Source: Chlorobiota bacterium
Lineage (GTDB): Bacteria; Bacteroidota; Ignavibacteria; Kapaibacteriales; NICIL-2
Direction: 5' to 3'
Assembly (NCBI GenBank): GCA_044228685.1
Contig: JBGAUL010000003.1
Coordinates: forward strand, 7 to 64,006
Length of the DNA stretch: 64,000 nt
Every line of letters begins with the position of its first letter. Positions within the stretch are counted from its first letter, which is position 1. The notes below the pieces were generated by a model, which was given only the letters and a program-made list of their open reading frames with translations, made no database searches and had not been told where the DNA came from. Below are positions 47,243 through 57,328 of the stretch, in pieces. The position numbers were made by a program, and so were the translations under genes.

Positions 47243-48511
47243 TTAGGCGGGCAGAATTTCATCGAAACGAGTGTACTCACGCAGTGCTTCCGGAATGCGA
47301 ATAGAACCGTCTTCGCGCTGGTGATGTTCCAGCATAGCGACCATGATGCGCGAGGTAGCCAATCCACTTCCATTCAGAGTATGCACGTGTTCCAACTTAC
47401 CTTGCGAATTACGGAAACGAATGTTCGCGCGACGAGCTTGAAAACTTTCGAAGTTCGAGCATGATGATACTTCGAGGAATTTTTGCTCTGCCGGTGACCA
47501 CACTTCCAAATCATAGGTCATCGCAGAGTTGAAACTGGTATCGCCGCTACAGAGACGGATAACTCGATATGGAAGCTCCAAGAGATCGAGCAAATCTTCG
47601 ACGTCACGAACGAGTGTTTCGAGCTCGGCGTAGGATTCTTCAGGACGACAGAATTTCACGAGTTCAACTTTGTTGAATTGGTGCACGCGGAGGAATCCAC
47701 GAGTGTCCTTGCCATAGCTGCCGGCTTCACGACGGAAGCAGGCTGAATAACCACAGAACTTCGTCGGCAAATCAGCATCATTGAGAACATCGTCGCGGTA
47801 GAAATTCGTCAGCGGCACTTCTGCTGTCGGAATCATATAGAGATCATCATCAGCACAACGATACATGTCATCTTCCAGCTTCGGGATTTGTCCGGTGCCA
47901 ACCATCGACGCACGATTGACAGCAAAGGGAGGCATCATTTCACGATAGCCGTGTTTTGCGATGTGTGTATCGAGAAAGAGATTCAGCATAGCACGCTCAA
48001 GTGTTGCGCCTTTGCCGGTGTAGAAACCAAATCCGCTACCACTCACTTTGGCGCCACGTTCGAAGTCCAGAAGACCAAGCTTCTTGGCAATCTCAACGTG
48101 GTTAAGACGAAAGTCTTGAGGAATTTTTTGCGCAGTAGAATGGATCTCAACGTTGCTTGAAGCATCACGTCCGATAGGCACTTCGTGGAAGAGCATATTC
48201 GGGATGGTGAGCAAAATCGCGCTCATTTCTTCATCCAAGACGCGCAGCTTATCGTCGTTGAGTTTGATTTCATCACCCACACGACGCATTTCCTCAATTT
48301 TCTCCGTAGCATCTTCTTTAGCTTTTTTGAGACGCGCAATTTCTTCGCTGGTAGTGTTGCGAAGATTCTTCAGAACATCGGTTTGTTGTACCAGACCGCG
48401 TCGTTCAGCGTCAAGATCGAGTAGATGACGAACGTTTGCTTTTTCGTTTTTGTTGGCAGTGTTATTAATAACAGCATCCGGATTTTCCCGGATGAACTTG
48501 AGGTCGAGCAT
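47243..48511 (-). CDS. serS: Seryl-tRNA synthetase
   Basis: 422 aa. N-terminal coiled-coil arm and class II aaRS core motifs (..FRREAGSYGKDTRGFLRVHQFNKVE.. ..GSGLATSRIMVAMLE..). Confidence 0.9.
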   Translation of the reverse strand: MLDLKFIRENPDAVINNTANKNEKANVRHLLDLDAERRGLVQQTDVLKNLRNTTSEEIARLKKAKEDATEKIEEMRRVGDEIKLNDDKLRVLDEEMSAILLTIPNMLFHEVPIGRDASSNVEIHSTAQKIPQDFRLNHVEIAKKLGLLDFERGAKVSGSGFGFYTGKGATLERAMLNLFLDTHIAKHGYREMMPPFAVNRASMVGTGQIPKLEDDMYRCADDDLYMIPTAEVPLTNFYRDDVLNDADLPTKFCGYSACFRREAGSYGKDTRGFLRVHQFNKVELVKFCRPEESYAELETLVRDVEDLLDLLELPYRVIRLCSGDTSFNSAMTYDLEVWSPAEQKFLEVSSCSNFESFQARRANIRFRNSQGKLEHVHTLNGSGLATSRIMVAMLEHHQREDGSIRIPEALREYTRFDEILPA

Positions 48512-48546
48512 TGTCTGCTACGCTTTGGTGAAACAATCGTGCAGAA

Positions 48547-48554
48547 CAAAGATA
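48547..48554 (-). promoter_or_regulatory. Candidate -7 promoter element TATCTTTG (TAnnTTTG) 35 nt upstream of serS ATG
   Basis: Plus strand CAAAGATA. The identical octamer occurs 34 nt upstream of the dcd start. Confidence 0.35.
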
Positions 48555-48946
48555 AGGATTCCGTCTCGCGCAGGCTGATTCCCGCCTCGAAGCCTCAGTG
48601 CAAATCACCGAGTCATGGCTTGACCTTCAAATACGCGATTTAATGGAGCAAATGGAGTTGCGAGAGAGCTATGCATGCTACACCGATAGCTGCGCAGGCA
48701 CAACCAAGAATCAACTGACGATTCATGCTTTGTGGGGCATGATTTGGTCGTGAACTAACGTAGGCCGGAACTGGCCACACACTTTGCAGAAGAACCGGGA
48801 TTCGGGCCGCAATGGCGCGAACTGAAGACAAAGAGGGCAAAAAGCGAAGGGTACTTTTCATATCGGAAATCCATTTCGTGATATCCCAGAGTATCGTCCA
48901 CTTTTTCCAAGAATGAAACGCTATCGCACAACAAAGGTTATTTTGA

Positions 48947-50566
48947 TTGGAAGCACTGGAAAACACTGTGAAAAATCTGACGAACTATGGAATTGTCGCC
49001 TTGGCCGGAGCTCTGGGCGGTTTTGCCTTTGCACCGAGTCCACTGGGCTTTGTAGCATTCCTTGCCTTTGTACCACTCATCATCGTCCTTGAACGTAATC
49101 TCTACGCCCACAATCACAATCGTCTGCTCTACACCTTCTTTTTCTGCTTTCACGGTGCGGCCAATTGGTGGGTCATGAGCTGGCAGAAAGAAACGGATCC
49201 CTACCTTATGGCGGCCGGCGCAGGACTATGGCTTGGTCATCCTTTCTTTCTCATGCCTGCATGGTGGATGTATTTGTACAGTCGTAAGCGTCAAGGCATT
49301 GCACCTTCGCTTGCGCTACTACTCGTCTCATGGACAGCCATCGAATGGCTTCACTCGCTAAGTGATGCTTCTTATCCTTGGCTTGCATTGGGATATACTC
49401 AAGTGTATCACACTGCCCTCATTCAAATCGCTGACATCGGCGGTGTTTGGATTGTAGGTTTCTTTGTCATGTTAGTTAATGTGTTGATTGCGCATTGGTA
49501 TTGTACCAGACAAAAGACATCTGCGCACTCAGCATTGACATTAGCCGTGGTTGTTTTGGTCGCCACATATGGTACTTGGCGCATACACAATGCCGACAAT
49601 CAAACACCTACACCGGTTGTGCGCGTGGGACTGGTTCAACCAAGTATCAATCCTTGGGTCAAATGGCGCGGCGGCATCACGGATATGATGGGACTTCACC
49701 AACATTTGCAAGATTCTCTCAACAGAATTCATCATTGCGATCTGAGCATATGGAGCGAGACGGCAATTCCTATAGGCTTGACCTTGCCGGAGAATGAACG
49801 GTTTTTGGGTCGTTTAAAAGATTGGGTAGATAGCTCAGGTACGTCACTATTAACCGGTTTTGCAGACTATGAGTTCTTTGATCCCGAAAAAGCACCGGCA
49901 AATGCACAGAGCACAAGTAAAGAGTCGAGCTCTCGTTTTCGGGTTTTCAATGCGGCGCTGCTCATGAATCCACATGATAGTTCCTTATCACGTCATCACA
50001 AATCACGTCTGACTCCCTTTGGCGAATACATGCCCTTCTCTGACGACTTCCCCGCCATTCGATCATGGCTGCAATGGAGCGTTGGGATTTCGGGATGGAA
50101 CAAGGGCGAAGGTGCAACAGCGTTGTCGCTTCGCGCTTCGAATGAGCAGGCAACGAGTACGAGCGTAGGGCCAATCATCTGCATCGAATCAATTTATCCC
50201 AACTATTGCGCCGACTACGTTCGACGTGGCGCGCAGGTCTTGGCGGTCATCACAAACGACGCCTGGTACGACGGAACATTTGGTCCTGAACAGCACTACT
50301 GCATCAGTCGCATGCGAGCAGTTGAGACGCATCGCGACATCATGCGCTGTGGAAATACAGGCATCAGCGGATGCATTGATTGGATGGGTCGATCAGTCGA
50401 ACAAGCCCCTGCACGACGATCCGTAGCATTATATGGCGAAGCTCATACCCACACTGAAAAAACGCTCTATGTGCAGTTCGGCGATTGGTTCCCGGAACTA
50501 TGCACAATCCTCAGCATCGCGCTCATCGCTATGAGCGCCACGAAAAAGAAAACAACTTTGAATTGA
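48947..50566 (+). CDS. lnt: Apolipoprotein N-acyltransferase
   Basis: N-terminal multi-TM region followed by a CN-hydrolase domain (..GLVQPSINPW.. ..ICIESIYPNY..). The ORF-track start is a TTG; a GTG at 48968 (MKNLTNYGIV..) is an alternative. Confidence 0.75.
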   Translation: MEALENTVKNLTNYGIVALAGALGGFAFAPSPLGFVAFLAFVPLIIVLERNLYAHNHNRLLYTFFFCFHGAANWWVMSWQKETDPYLMAAGAGLWLGHPFFLMPAWWMYLYSRKRQGIAPSLALLLVSWTAIEWLHSLSDASYPWLALGYTQVYHTALIQIADIGGVWIVGFFVMLVNVLIAHWYCTRQKTSAHSALTLAVVVLVATYGTWRIHNADNQTPTPVVRVGLVQPSINPWVKWRGGITDMMGLHQHLQDSLNRIHHCDLSIWSETAIPIGLTLPENERFLGRLKDWVDSSGTSLLTGFADYEFFDPEKAPANAQSTSKESSSRFRVFNAALLMNPHDSSLSRHHKSRLTPFGEYMPFSDDFPAIRSWLQWSVGISGWNKGEGATALSLRASNEQATSTSVGPIICIESIYPNYCADYVRRGAQVLAVITNDAWYDGTFGPEQHYCISRMRAVETHRDIMRCGNTGISGCIDWMGRSVEQAPARRSVALYGEAHTHTEKTLYVQFGDWFPELCTILSIALIAMSATKKKTTLN

Positions 50567-50589
50567 GTTTTAGTGAAGTGCTTTGAGAA

Positions 50590-51249
50590 TCAATACTGCA
50601 GAGCTTTGACGATGGCTTTCAAGTAGGTCTTGATCTCCTGCTCCTCGGGCAGTTTTGCCGTGGTCACGGTTGTTGGTACTAAACTGACTTCGTAGTAATT
50701 ATCGATTGAACTCACCAAGACGACTGAGCGCGAACGAATAGCTGTGCTATCGGAACTATCCGCGGTGAACTCGTAGTAGCCAAAACTACGTCCTTCAAAA
50801 TCTCGCTTATCAATTGAGCCCATCAGCCGAACTGAGTTCAGGGTCTTTCTCTGACGTCGCTCAAATGCTGCGCGTGCTAAACCAATCAAGCCTTCGCGAT
50901 TCACGCTCTGACGAACGATATCGTTGCTGCGAATACTCTGAATGATCAGACTCAAGGTATAGTCAGGATTGACGGCAACTGCAACGACGTCGGAGGAGAG
51001 TTTTGATTCCGCATCGACAAGCGACCAACCCTTTGGTATAAAACTCAGCAGATCGCCTGGTTTTGAGCGAACGTAATCTTCACTCATCGGAATGACGACT
51101 TCGTTTGAATCTGCAGTTGGTTTTAGGATTTTCTGTTCAGTGCGAAAGAGCGAGCACGCATTGAACTGCAACACGATAGCGATGGCGAGCAATAGCCTCA
51201 GGCTGCGCATTGTGTGCGTGTAAGCGGCATGATTGCTCTGCTGTCTCAT
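50590..51249 (-). CDS. Hypothetical lipoprotein
   Basis: Signal/lipobox ..LRLLLAIAIVLQFNAC. Start overlaps the DUF1684 gene stop (ATGA). Confidence 0.45.
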   Translation of the reverse strand: MRQQSNHAAYTHTMRSLRLLLAIAIVLQFNACSLFRTEQKILKPTADSNEVVIPMSEDYVRSKPGDLLSFIPKGWSLVDAESKLSSDVVAVAVNPDYTLSLIIQSIRSNDIVRQSVNREGLIGLARAAFERRQRKTLNSVRLMGSIDKRDFEGRSFGYYEFTADSSDSTAIRSRSVVLVSSIDNYYEVSLVPTTVTTAKLPEEQEIKTYLKAIVKALQY

Positions 51250-51923
51250 TTCTTCGCGTCTTTAGTTGGAGCATGAAAAGACTTCTCACCGGCATTGATA
51301 GCAACGTTCAGAACGTTCTGCGGAGGAATGAGCAGACATGAGTAGCTATCATTGAAAGCGCAGTATGGATTGTAAGCGGTGTTAAAGTCGAGGGTGACTT
51401 CATCGCCCACATCCTCGATGTCGATATATCGTCCTGCTTCATAACTACCGTGCCCGGTGGTTTTGTCTTTGAAGGGAATGACGATTGGACTATGCGGGTT
51501 GTCAACTTGACGGTATCCGCTCAGTTTATAAACCTTATCGTCAGTGCCAAGTGAGAATGAGAATTGTCCCACGCAAAGCATCTTGCGCATTTCACGCTGG
51601 GACGCGGGCATTTGAATCACCTCTTGCGATTCTGAGGCCTCAAAGCTGGCTATAACGACATATTGTTCATCGTAGGGATAATAGCTCAAGCCTGTAAACG
51701 ACTTGCGCATTTCACGAGGAAGTGGAGATGTTGTGTCGTACTTGAAGTAGCGATCCTTCTCCGCACGTTGCTTCACAATCGAATTGGCATCGCCCGACAC
51801 TTCCGGCAACTTCTCGTCTTCATCCTTATCGCCACAGGAGTTCAGCGTCAGTGCAAAGCACAGCGCAAGAACAGTAAATAGCGCTGCAGCAAAGCGATGT
51901 GATGTTGACAATTGAGTGGCCAT
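51246..51923 (-). CDS. DUF1684-family lipoprotein
   Basis: Lipobox LTLNSC. Sequence features (..GLSYYPYDEQYVV.. ..GRYIDIEDVGDEV..) characteristic of DUF1684. Confidence 0.55.
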   Translation of the reverse strand: MATQLSTSHRFAAALFTVLALCFALTLNSCGDKDEDEKLPEVSGDANSIVKQRAEKDRYFKYDTTSPLPREMRKSFTGLSYYPYDEQYVVIASFEASESQEVIQMPASQREMRKMLCVGQFSFSLGTDDKVYKLSGYRQVDNPHSPIVIPFKDKTTGHGSYEAGRYIDIEDVGDEVTLDFNTAYNPYCAFNDSYSCLLIPPQNVLNVAINAGEKSFHAPTKDAKK

Positions 51924-51941
51924 AATATTCAGAGTCTCGAC

Positions 51942-52478
51942 TTAAAAAGTATTCTTCCACATCATCGACTCGACCGGAATGTTTACACGGTCGTTGTACT
52001 TGGCTGAGGTCTTGTTCTTATACGAGGTTAGAATCTCACCTTCAACAGCGAAGTAAATCAATTGTCCGATGGGCATTCCTGCGTACACGCGGACGGGTTG
52101 CTTGACCGAAATCTCGAGGGTCCAGAAATTGCAGAAGCCTACATCGCCCTTACCGGCTGTCGCATGAATGTCGATACCAAGACGTCCCACAGAGGACTTT
52201 CCTTCAAGAAAAGGAACGTGCTTGTGCGTTTCGGTGTATTCCTCGGTCACTCCCAAATAGAGCATATCCGGCATCAGCACGAATCCGTCGTCCGGTATTT
52301 CAAACAAACGAATGGTGTTATGCTTCTTCGCATCGAGCACCTCCTCGTTGTACACGGCCAATGTTCTGCCGAGGTGAACATCGTAGCTATTGGATCCCAA
52401 ACAGGAGGGTGTATAGGGCTCAATGACGATGGCTCCTTCTTCAATGTTCTTTAGGATTTCTTTGTCGGACAGTATCAT
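51942..52478 (-). CDS. dcd: dCTP deaminase
   Basis: Start MILSDKEILKNIEEGAIVIEPY (ATG 52476..52478). dUTPase-like fold motifs (..GVIDAGY..-like GFCNFWTLEISV). Confidence 0.8.
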   Translation of the reverse strand: MILSDKEILKNIEEGAIVIEPYTPSCLGSNSYDVHLGRTLAVYNEEVLDAKKHNTIRLFEIPDDGFVLMPDMLYLGVTEEYTETHKHVPFLEGKSSVGRLGIDIHATAGKGDVGFCNFWTLEISVKQPVRVYAGMPIGQLIYFAVEGEILTSYKNKTSAKYNDRVNIPVESMMWKNTF

Positions 52479-52512
52479 TGTTTGTTGGCAAGGTGGTGGC
52501 TGAATTCGATTA

Positions 52513-52520
52513 CAAAGATA
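52513..52520 (-). promoter_or_regulatory. Candidate -7 promoter element TATCTTTG 34 nt upstream of dcd ATG
   Basis: Plus strand CAAAGATA, identical to the octamer upstream of serS. Confidence 0.35.
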
Positions 52521-52606
52521 GAACACAGGGCCGCATCGTCTGTGCCCGCTTTGCTGATTTAGCCCCTGATTTCCTCAGCAAACACGCTTAAAAGCAGAAC
52601 CTGAGC

Positions 52607-54211
52607 CTAGAATTGACGCAAGGTTTCAAGAGGATCTTCCCCCGACCTCATTCTCAGCATTTGCACAGCACTTACCAGCATACAGATGCTCAGAACGAAG
52701 TACATGAAGCCAATACCGATGTCTCCGAGACTGGTCAGACCGTAGAGAACGAAGGTGTACAAGACGCTAACGAGACCCAGAATCATAGCCCATGGTCTCA
52801 GCGAGCTTTGACGGTACATCTGCACTACACTGAGCATCGCGATTGCGATCTGGATGAGATTATTAGCCCTAAATAGCCAAATCATGGAACTCAGACTGAA
52901 TCGCGTTTGCAAGGGCAATGTCATGAACCACAGCAGCAATGGCATAAGGGTAAAAACTATACCTAGTGAGGCAAGGATGCGCGGTGCGGCGTACTGAATT
53001 CTTTCAGTCGGACTATATTCCGGCATCTGTGCATCAAATTTGAGATTGTCTGTACTTGTCGTGTCTTCACTGCGCTTTCTGTTTAATTCTCTTCTGATGT
53101 ACTGCAACAAAACCACATGCTCAACAGCAGACGCTGCAGGTAATTCCAGAGAAGGAATTTCGAAGCGAGTCTGCATCATCTTCAGCGCATTGGCAAGGTT
53201 TGATTTCCATTCAGATAGTTCGAGACTAAAGTGAGAGTTTTCTTCAAGCGACTTCATGCTCTCATAACTCAGAACTTCGAGCGACAACTGATCGTCGAAA
53301 TTTTGCGGTCCAAAACCAACATCGGCCACCTCGCTCAAGGGCAGTGATTTTAACAGCGTTTCCTTTTCGCGTTTCCTTTTAAACAACTCGACCGTCGACG
53401 CACCGATGCGTATACCGAGCATCGTCGAACTTCGTCGCGCATAGAATCGACCTCCGCTAAAAAGCACTAAAGCTCCTATCACAACACCAATACTCCTTGT
53501 GATGACTAATGACATATCTGATTCAAAACCGGAGCTACCGAAGTCGACTAAGCGAGAAATAACAAACAACGATAAGGCGAAAAGCATGAGTGCATACACG
53601 AGCGGAGCAGTTGTTCGGTGCCACACATATTCGACCGAATCTCGGTTTTCAATTCGTTGAAACTGTGTCGTCAGGGCAGAACTGTGTTTTGTAATCTCCG
53701 ATCGGTGCGATCGCAGCATTTTCGACAGAGTGTCACGCAATTCATCAGCCCGTTCCCGCGTCCGAACATTGTTGAAAATCGGTAGAATTGAATAATCGCT
53801 GAGAATGATACAGATATCAAAAAAGGCAAAGGCTGAATCTTGCTGTTGGGCTACATCTTGCGTCTGCACGATAACTTCACGCACCTCATCAAATCCGATT
53901 TCTGCTTGACATCTGAACTTTATCCGACGAGAAATCAAACGAATGACGGCTGCTCGTCGATCTATCTCTACTTCTTCCGGCAATCGTGTGGCAAGCGCCA
54001 TGGCAATAACCCAAGGCACGATGCTGAAGACGAGTCCAGCGGCCGTAAATATCAACGCATACTCATCCGCTCCGAAAGCGATGAAGGCGCTAATACCCAT
54101 GCCGAGCATTGACAATCCGATGAAACTTCCCACCAATGGAAAAACAATTCCCCTGCGCTCCCGTCTGAGATGAAGTTCTTGATCTTGCTGATCGACGATT
54201 CTGTATGCCAT
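52607..54211 (-). CDS. Hypothetical polytopic membrane protein (about 534 aa) with apparent internal repeat of a two-TM-plus-cytoplasmic-domain module
   Basis: Start chosen at MAYRIVDQQDQ (ATG 54209..54211). Hydrophobic pairs at about residues 40-90 and 230-290, then four C-terminal TMs. No recognisable catalytic motifs. Confidence 0.45.
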   Translation of the reverse strand: MAYRIVDQQDQELHLRRERRGIVFPLVGSFIGLSMLGMGISAFIAFGADEYALIFTAAGLVFSIVPWVIAMALATRLPEEVEIDRRAAVIRLISRRIKFRCQAEIGFDEVREVIVQTQDVAQQQDSAFAFFDICIILSDYSILPIFNNVRTRERADELRDTLSKMLRSHRSEITKHSSALTTQFQRIENRDSVEYVWHRTTAPLVYALMLFALSLFVISRLVDFGSSGFESDMSLVITRSIGVVIGALVLFSGGRFYARRSSTMLGIRIGASTVELFKRKREKETLLKSLPLSEVADVGFGPQNFDDQLSLEVLSYESMKSLEENSHFSLELSEWKSNLANALKMMQTRFEIPSLELPAASAVEHVVLLQYIRRELNRKRSEDTTSTDNLKFDAQMPEYSPTERIQYAAPRILASLGIVFTLMPLLLWFMTLPLQTRFSLSSMIWLFRANNLIQIAIAMLSVVQMYRQSSLRPWAMILGLVSVLYTFVLYGLTSLGDIGIGFMYFVLSICMLVSAVQMLRMRSGEDPLETLRQF

Positions 54212-54349
54212 GACGGTATCTCCGTTGATGCTGCAATTTAGTTTCTTAGGCTTCTTCCACACCTTGGTGAAATGCGCATCAGTCTTGAATCGCACAGCAA
54301 GTGCTCAACACGGATTTTGCTCAGTTCACGACTGTTCTGATATTGCAGC

Positions 54350-55375
54350 ATGAATAATCTCACACGCTCAGTTTTTTGTATTTGCGTTCTGTGTCTCTTG
54401 AGCCTGACTCTCCAAGCTCAAAGCGCTGACGAATTGTTTAACCGCGCCATGACGAAGGTCAATTCCAACGATTTCAAAGGCGCTATCGCTGATTACACCG
54501 CAGCTATCAAACTCAATCCCCGCATGGCTCGCGCTTACGCCAATCGTGCGGTTGCGGAGCAAAATCTGGGCGACCGAACTGCAGCAATCAAAGACTATAC
54601 GCAAGCAATCAATCTTGACAAAACTCTTGCATACGCCTTCAGTAATCGCGGAACAGCCTATGCCGAAGCCGGAGATTACAAGCTCGCACTGGCCGATTAC
54701 AATCAAGCAATAGAGCTTGACTCAAATGATATCGACACCCGCGCAAACAGAGCTATGGCACGTTATTCTTTGCAGGATTACTACGGTGCTATTCAGGACT
54801 ACACGGCGATTCTGGATCGAGATCTGCATCCTTCGGATATTCTCCTGCGTCGTGCAATGACAAGACTTGCACTGCGCGATACTGCCGGCACTTTGAATGA
54901 TCTCAATGCATCCCTAGCCAAAGACTCAGACAATGTTGAAGCGCTGACACAACGTGCTCAATTGCGAGACCGCTCAGCTCAATACACTTTGGCACTACCT
55001 GACTACACGCGCGCTTTGATGTTGCAGCCGTCGGATACGACTCTCTTTGTCATTAGCGGACTCTGTCGATTGAAGAGCGGCGACACCAGCGGAGCCATTG
55101 CAGATTTCTCCCGTGCCATCGACTTAGATCCCTATCATTCTCAAGCGCTGAACAATCGTGGTGTGGCAATGGCTAATCGACGGAATTTTACAGCTGCCAT
55201 TGGCGACTATACGCAGGCTCTTGTTCGTGACAGTAAAAATGCGGTCTTGTACTTCAACCGCGCTAATGCAAAGAAGCAGAACAATGATCCCAAAGGCGCT
55301 TGCCAAGACTGGAAGAAAGCCCTTGATCTCGGCGAGAAAGCTGCAGCCGAGGCGATTAAGAATTTTTGTCGCTAG
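54350..55375 (+). CDS. Secreted tetratricopeptide-repeat (TPR) protein
   Basis: Signal peptide MNNLTRSVFCICVLCLLSLTLQAQS, then at least 8 consecutive 34-aa TPR units (AxxxYxxAIxLxP.. pattern). Confidence 0.75.
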   Translation: MNNLTRSVFCICVLCLLSLTLQAQSADELFNRAMTKVNSNDFKGAIADYTAAIKLNPRMARAYANRAVAEQNLGDRTAAIKDYTQAINLDKTLAYAFSNRGTAYAEAGDYKLALADYNQAIELDSNDIDTRANRAMARYSLQDYYGAIQDYTAILDRDLHPSDILLRRAMTRLALRDTAGTLNDLNASLAKDSDNVEALTQRAQLRDRSAQYTLALPDYTRALMLQPSDTTLFVISGLCRLKSGDTSGAIADFSRAIDLDPYHSQALNNRGVAMANRRNFTAAIGDYTQALVRDSKNAVLYFNRANAKKQNNDPKGACQDWKKALDLGEKAAAEAIKNFCR

Positions 55376-56573
55376 GTACTTCGCTTGATTCGTTGTCAGC
55401 TTCCCGTCCGTCTTGAACTTCAAACACGAAGAACTTGAGGTATGAGGTTTCAGGCATTGGTAAGTAAATGGGATGACAGGGCGACTGCATCCCGCGATGA
55501 ATCAAGCACAGACGGCGGTTGATGCGACGTCCCTCTTCTGCCACTACCTTCATCAGCATCTCTTCCGACACATGGTGCGAACAACTCGCGCTTACCAAGA
55601 ATCCACCATGCGAAATGATCTTTAGTGCTTGTCGGTTGATCTCAGCATAGCCTCGCAAAGCAGATTTAACTTGTGCCTTGCTCTTGGTAAATGCCGGAGG
55701 ATCCAATATCACCATGTCCCACTTCTGATTCGCTGCAGCTTGAGCTTTGAGAAAATCAAAAACGTCATGACACTCAAAGCGCGCCTGTGACAATCCATTC
55801 AAAGCCGCATTTCGCGCCGAACTTTGAACAGCCAGTTGCGAGCTGTCAATGCCAAGTGCATCGGCTGCTCCTCCGGCAGCTGCATTCAATGCGAAGCCAC
55901 CTTGGTTACAAAAGCAATCGAGCACGCGAAGTCCTTTTGCCAGCGAAGCCACCGTTCGACGATTGACTCGCTGGTCTAAGAAGGTCCCGGTCTTTTGTCC
56001 TTCAGACAGAGATATGCTATAGTGCAGTCCATTCTCGACCATGTCGATCTCGTCAGGAATTTCCCCCCACAACACAACATTTTCGCGCTCCAATCCTTCC
56101 TTCGCACGGAGCTGAGAATCATTGCGTGCTATGATACCACGCGTGTTCGGCAAAACTTCGAGTAGTGCTTCGACAATTTCCGCGCGCAGGAGATCCATCC
56201 CGGCTGAAAGCAGTTGGATGGACAGATAGTCTGCATAGCGATCAACGATCAATCCCGGCAGCATGTCGGATTCGCCAAACACGAGACGATAGGCTTGCTC
56301 AGGCGCGAAGAGGCGTTCGCGTAATGCGAGTGAGTGTCGTAAACGGTCGACTAGCAGCTGACGATTCCACGTATGCGTTTTCAGCATTCGCACGACGATC
56401 TGACTTTGAGGATTATACAATCCCAAGCCAAGATCATATCCGTAATCGGTGTGAACTTGAACCATTGTGCCGGGCGTTGCTTCGGGCATTTGCACAAGCT
56501 CATCTCGAAACACCCATAAATGTCCGTCGCGAATACGTCGGTGTGCGCCTGACTTTAGTTGAAGTTGGATCAT
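55356..56573 (-). CDS. Class I SAM-dependent rRNA methyltransferase, RlmI/RlmK-like (PUA-like N-domain plus methyltransferase)
   Basis: 405 aa. SAM-binding motif ..VLDCFCNQGGFALNAA.. and DPPAF; N-terminal PUA-like region. Confidence 0.75.
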   Translation of the reverse strand: MIQLQLKSGAHRRIRDGHLWVFRDELVQMPEATPGTMVQVHTDYGYDLGLGLYNPQSQIVVRMLKTHTWNRQLLVDRLRHSLALRERLFAPEQAYRLVFGESDMLPGLIVDRYADYLSIQLLSAGMDLLRAEIVEALLEVLPNTRGIIARNDSQLRAKEGLERENVVLWGEIPDEIDMVENGLHYSISLSEGQKTGTFLDQRVNRRTVASLAKGLRVLDCFCNQGGFALNAAAGGAADALGIDSSQLAVQSSARNAALNGLSQARFECHDVFDFLKAQAAANQKWDMVILDPPAFTKSKAQVKSALRGYAEINRQALKIISHGGFLVSASCSHHVSEEMLMKVVAEEGRRINRRLCLIHRGMQSPCHPIYLPMPETSYLKFFVFEVQDGREADNESSEVPSDKNS

Positions 56574-57328
56574 AACAATGTTGCTCCTGTTACCATACTT
56601 TCTGTTCGGAAGACAACACGTCGTTCCAAATGATGACTGAAATACGAAACAAAAAACTGCTGCACTTCTCGTTGCTGATGAGAATCAAACTCAAACTCTG
56701 CGAGTTCCGTTACCGGAAGTTCGCTGAGAGCAGACAGCATCTTGATCGTTGCTGAATCAAATCGAAACGCTTCAACGGCAAAGGGATCTCGTCCGGAGAT
56801 GCACGAACCTTTGTGTAGAGCAAAATAGACCTCATCCTCGGTCTCAATAATGTGTCGCGAACGCTCACTCTGCAGATCAATCATGAATCCCATACTCGAT
56901 GCGAGCCTCAGACAGAAGTGCGCAAAGACTGCAAAGACGCCACGTTCTGCAGCATTCATTGCCACGAGCGATTCTCGGATCACGTCATACAATGCCGTGT
57001 TTGCTTCGAGTGCGGGCTGTGTGAGATTCACCGCTTCGCAGAGTGCCAGTGCGCTCGAAAGATGATCGTAAGAATCCGTCAGCCGTCGCAGCTGAACTGT
57101 ACTCTCTGCCCGACTCAAAGTGTGAAGATCTCGTCCGGCTTTGTAGTAGTAGGAGCAATCAATGACGCTCAAGGGAAGAACCGCGGAACCGAATTTACTT
57201 TTTGGACGACGTGCACCTTTCACCACAACAGAGACACGTCCTTGCTCGCGAGTGTAGAGACTGAGTATCGCGGAACTGTCGCTGTACTTTCGTGAATGCA
57301 GCACAACTGCTTCGCTGGTAATAATCAT
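56570..57328 (-). CDS. recO: DNA repair protein RecO
   Basis: N-terminal OB-fold (..EAVVLHSRKYSDSSAILSLYTREQGRVSVVVKGARRPKSK..). 4-nt overlap with neighbouring genes. Confidence 0.75.
   Translation of the reverse strand: MIITSEAVVLHSRKYSDSSAILSLYTREQGRVSVVVKGARRPKSKFGSAVLPLSVIDCSYYYKAGRDLHTLSRAESTVQLRRLTDSYDHLSSALALCEAVNLTQPALEANTALYDVIRESLVAMNAAERGVFAVFAHFCLRLASSMGFMIDLQSERSRHIIETEDEVYFALHKGSCISGRDPFAVEAFRFDSATIKMLSALSELPVTELAEFEFDSHQQREVQQFFVSYFSHHLERRVVFRTESMVTGATLL

Noticed and set aside
48640-48966. 108-aa minus-strand ORF and 72-aa plus-strand ORF in the serS-lnt intergenic region
   Set aside because: There is no RBS/promoter context and no motifs. It overlaps the lnt start. It is more likely non-coding (see the intergenic finding).
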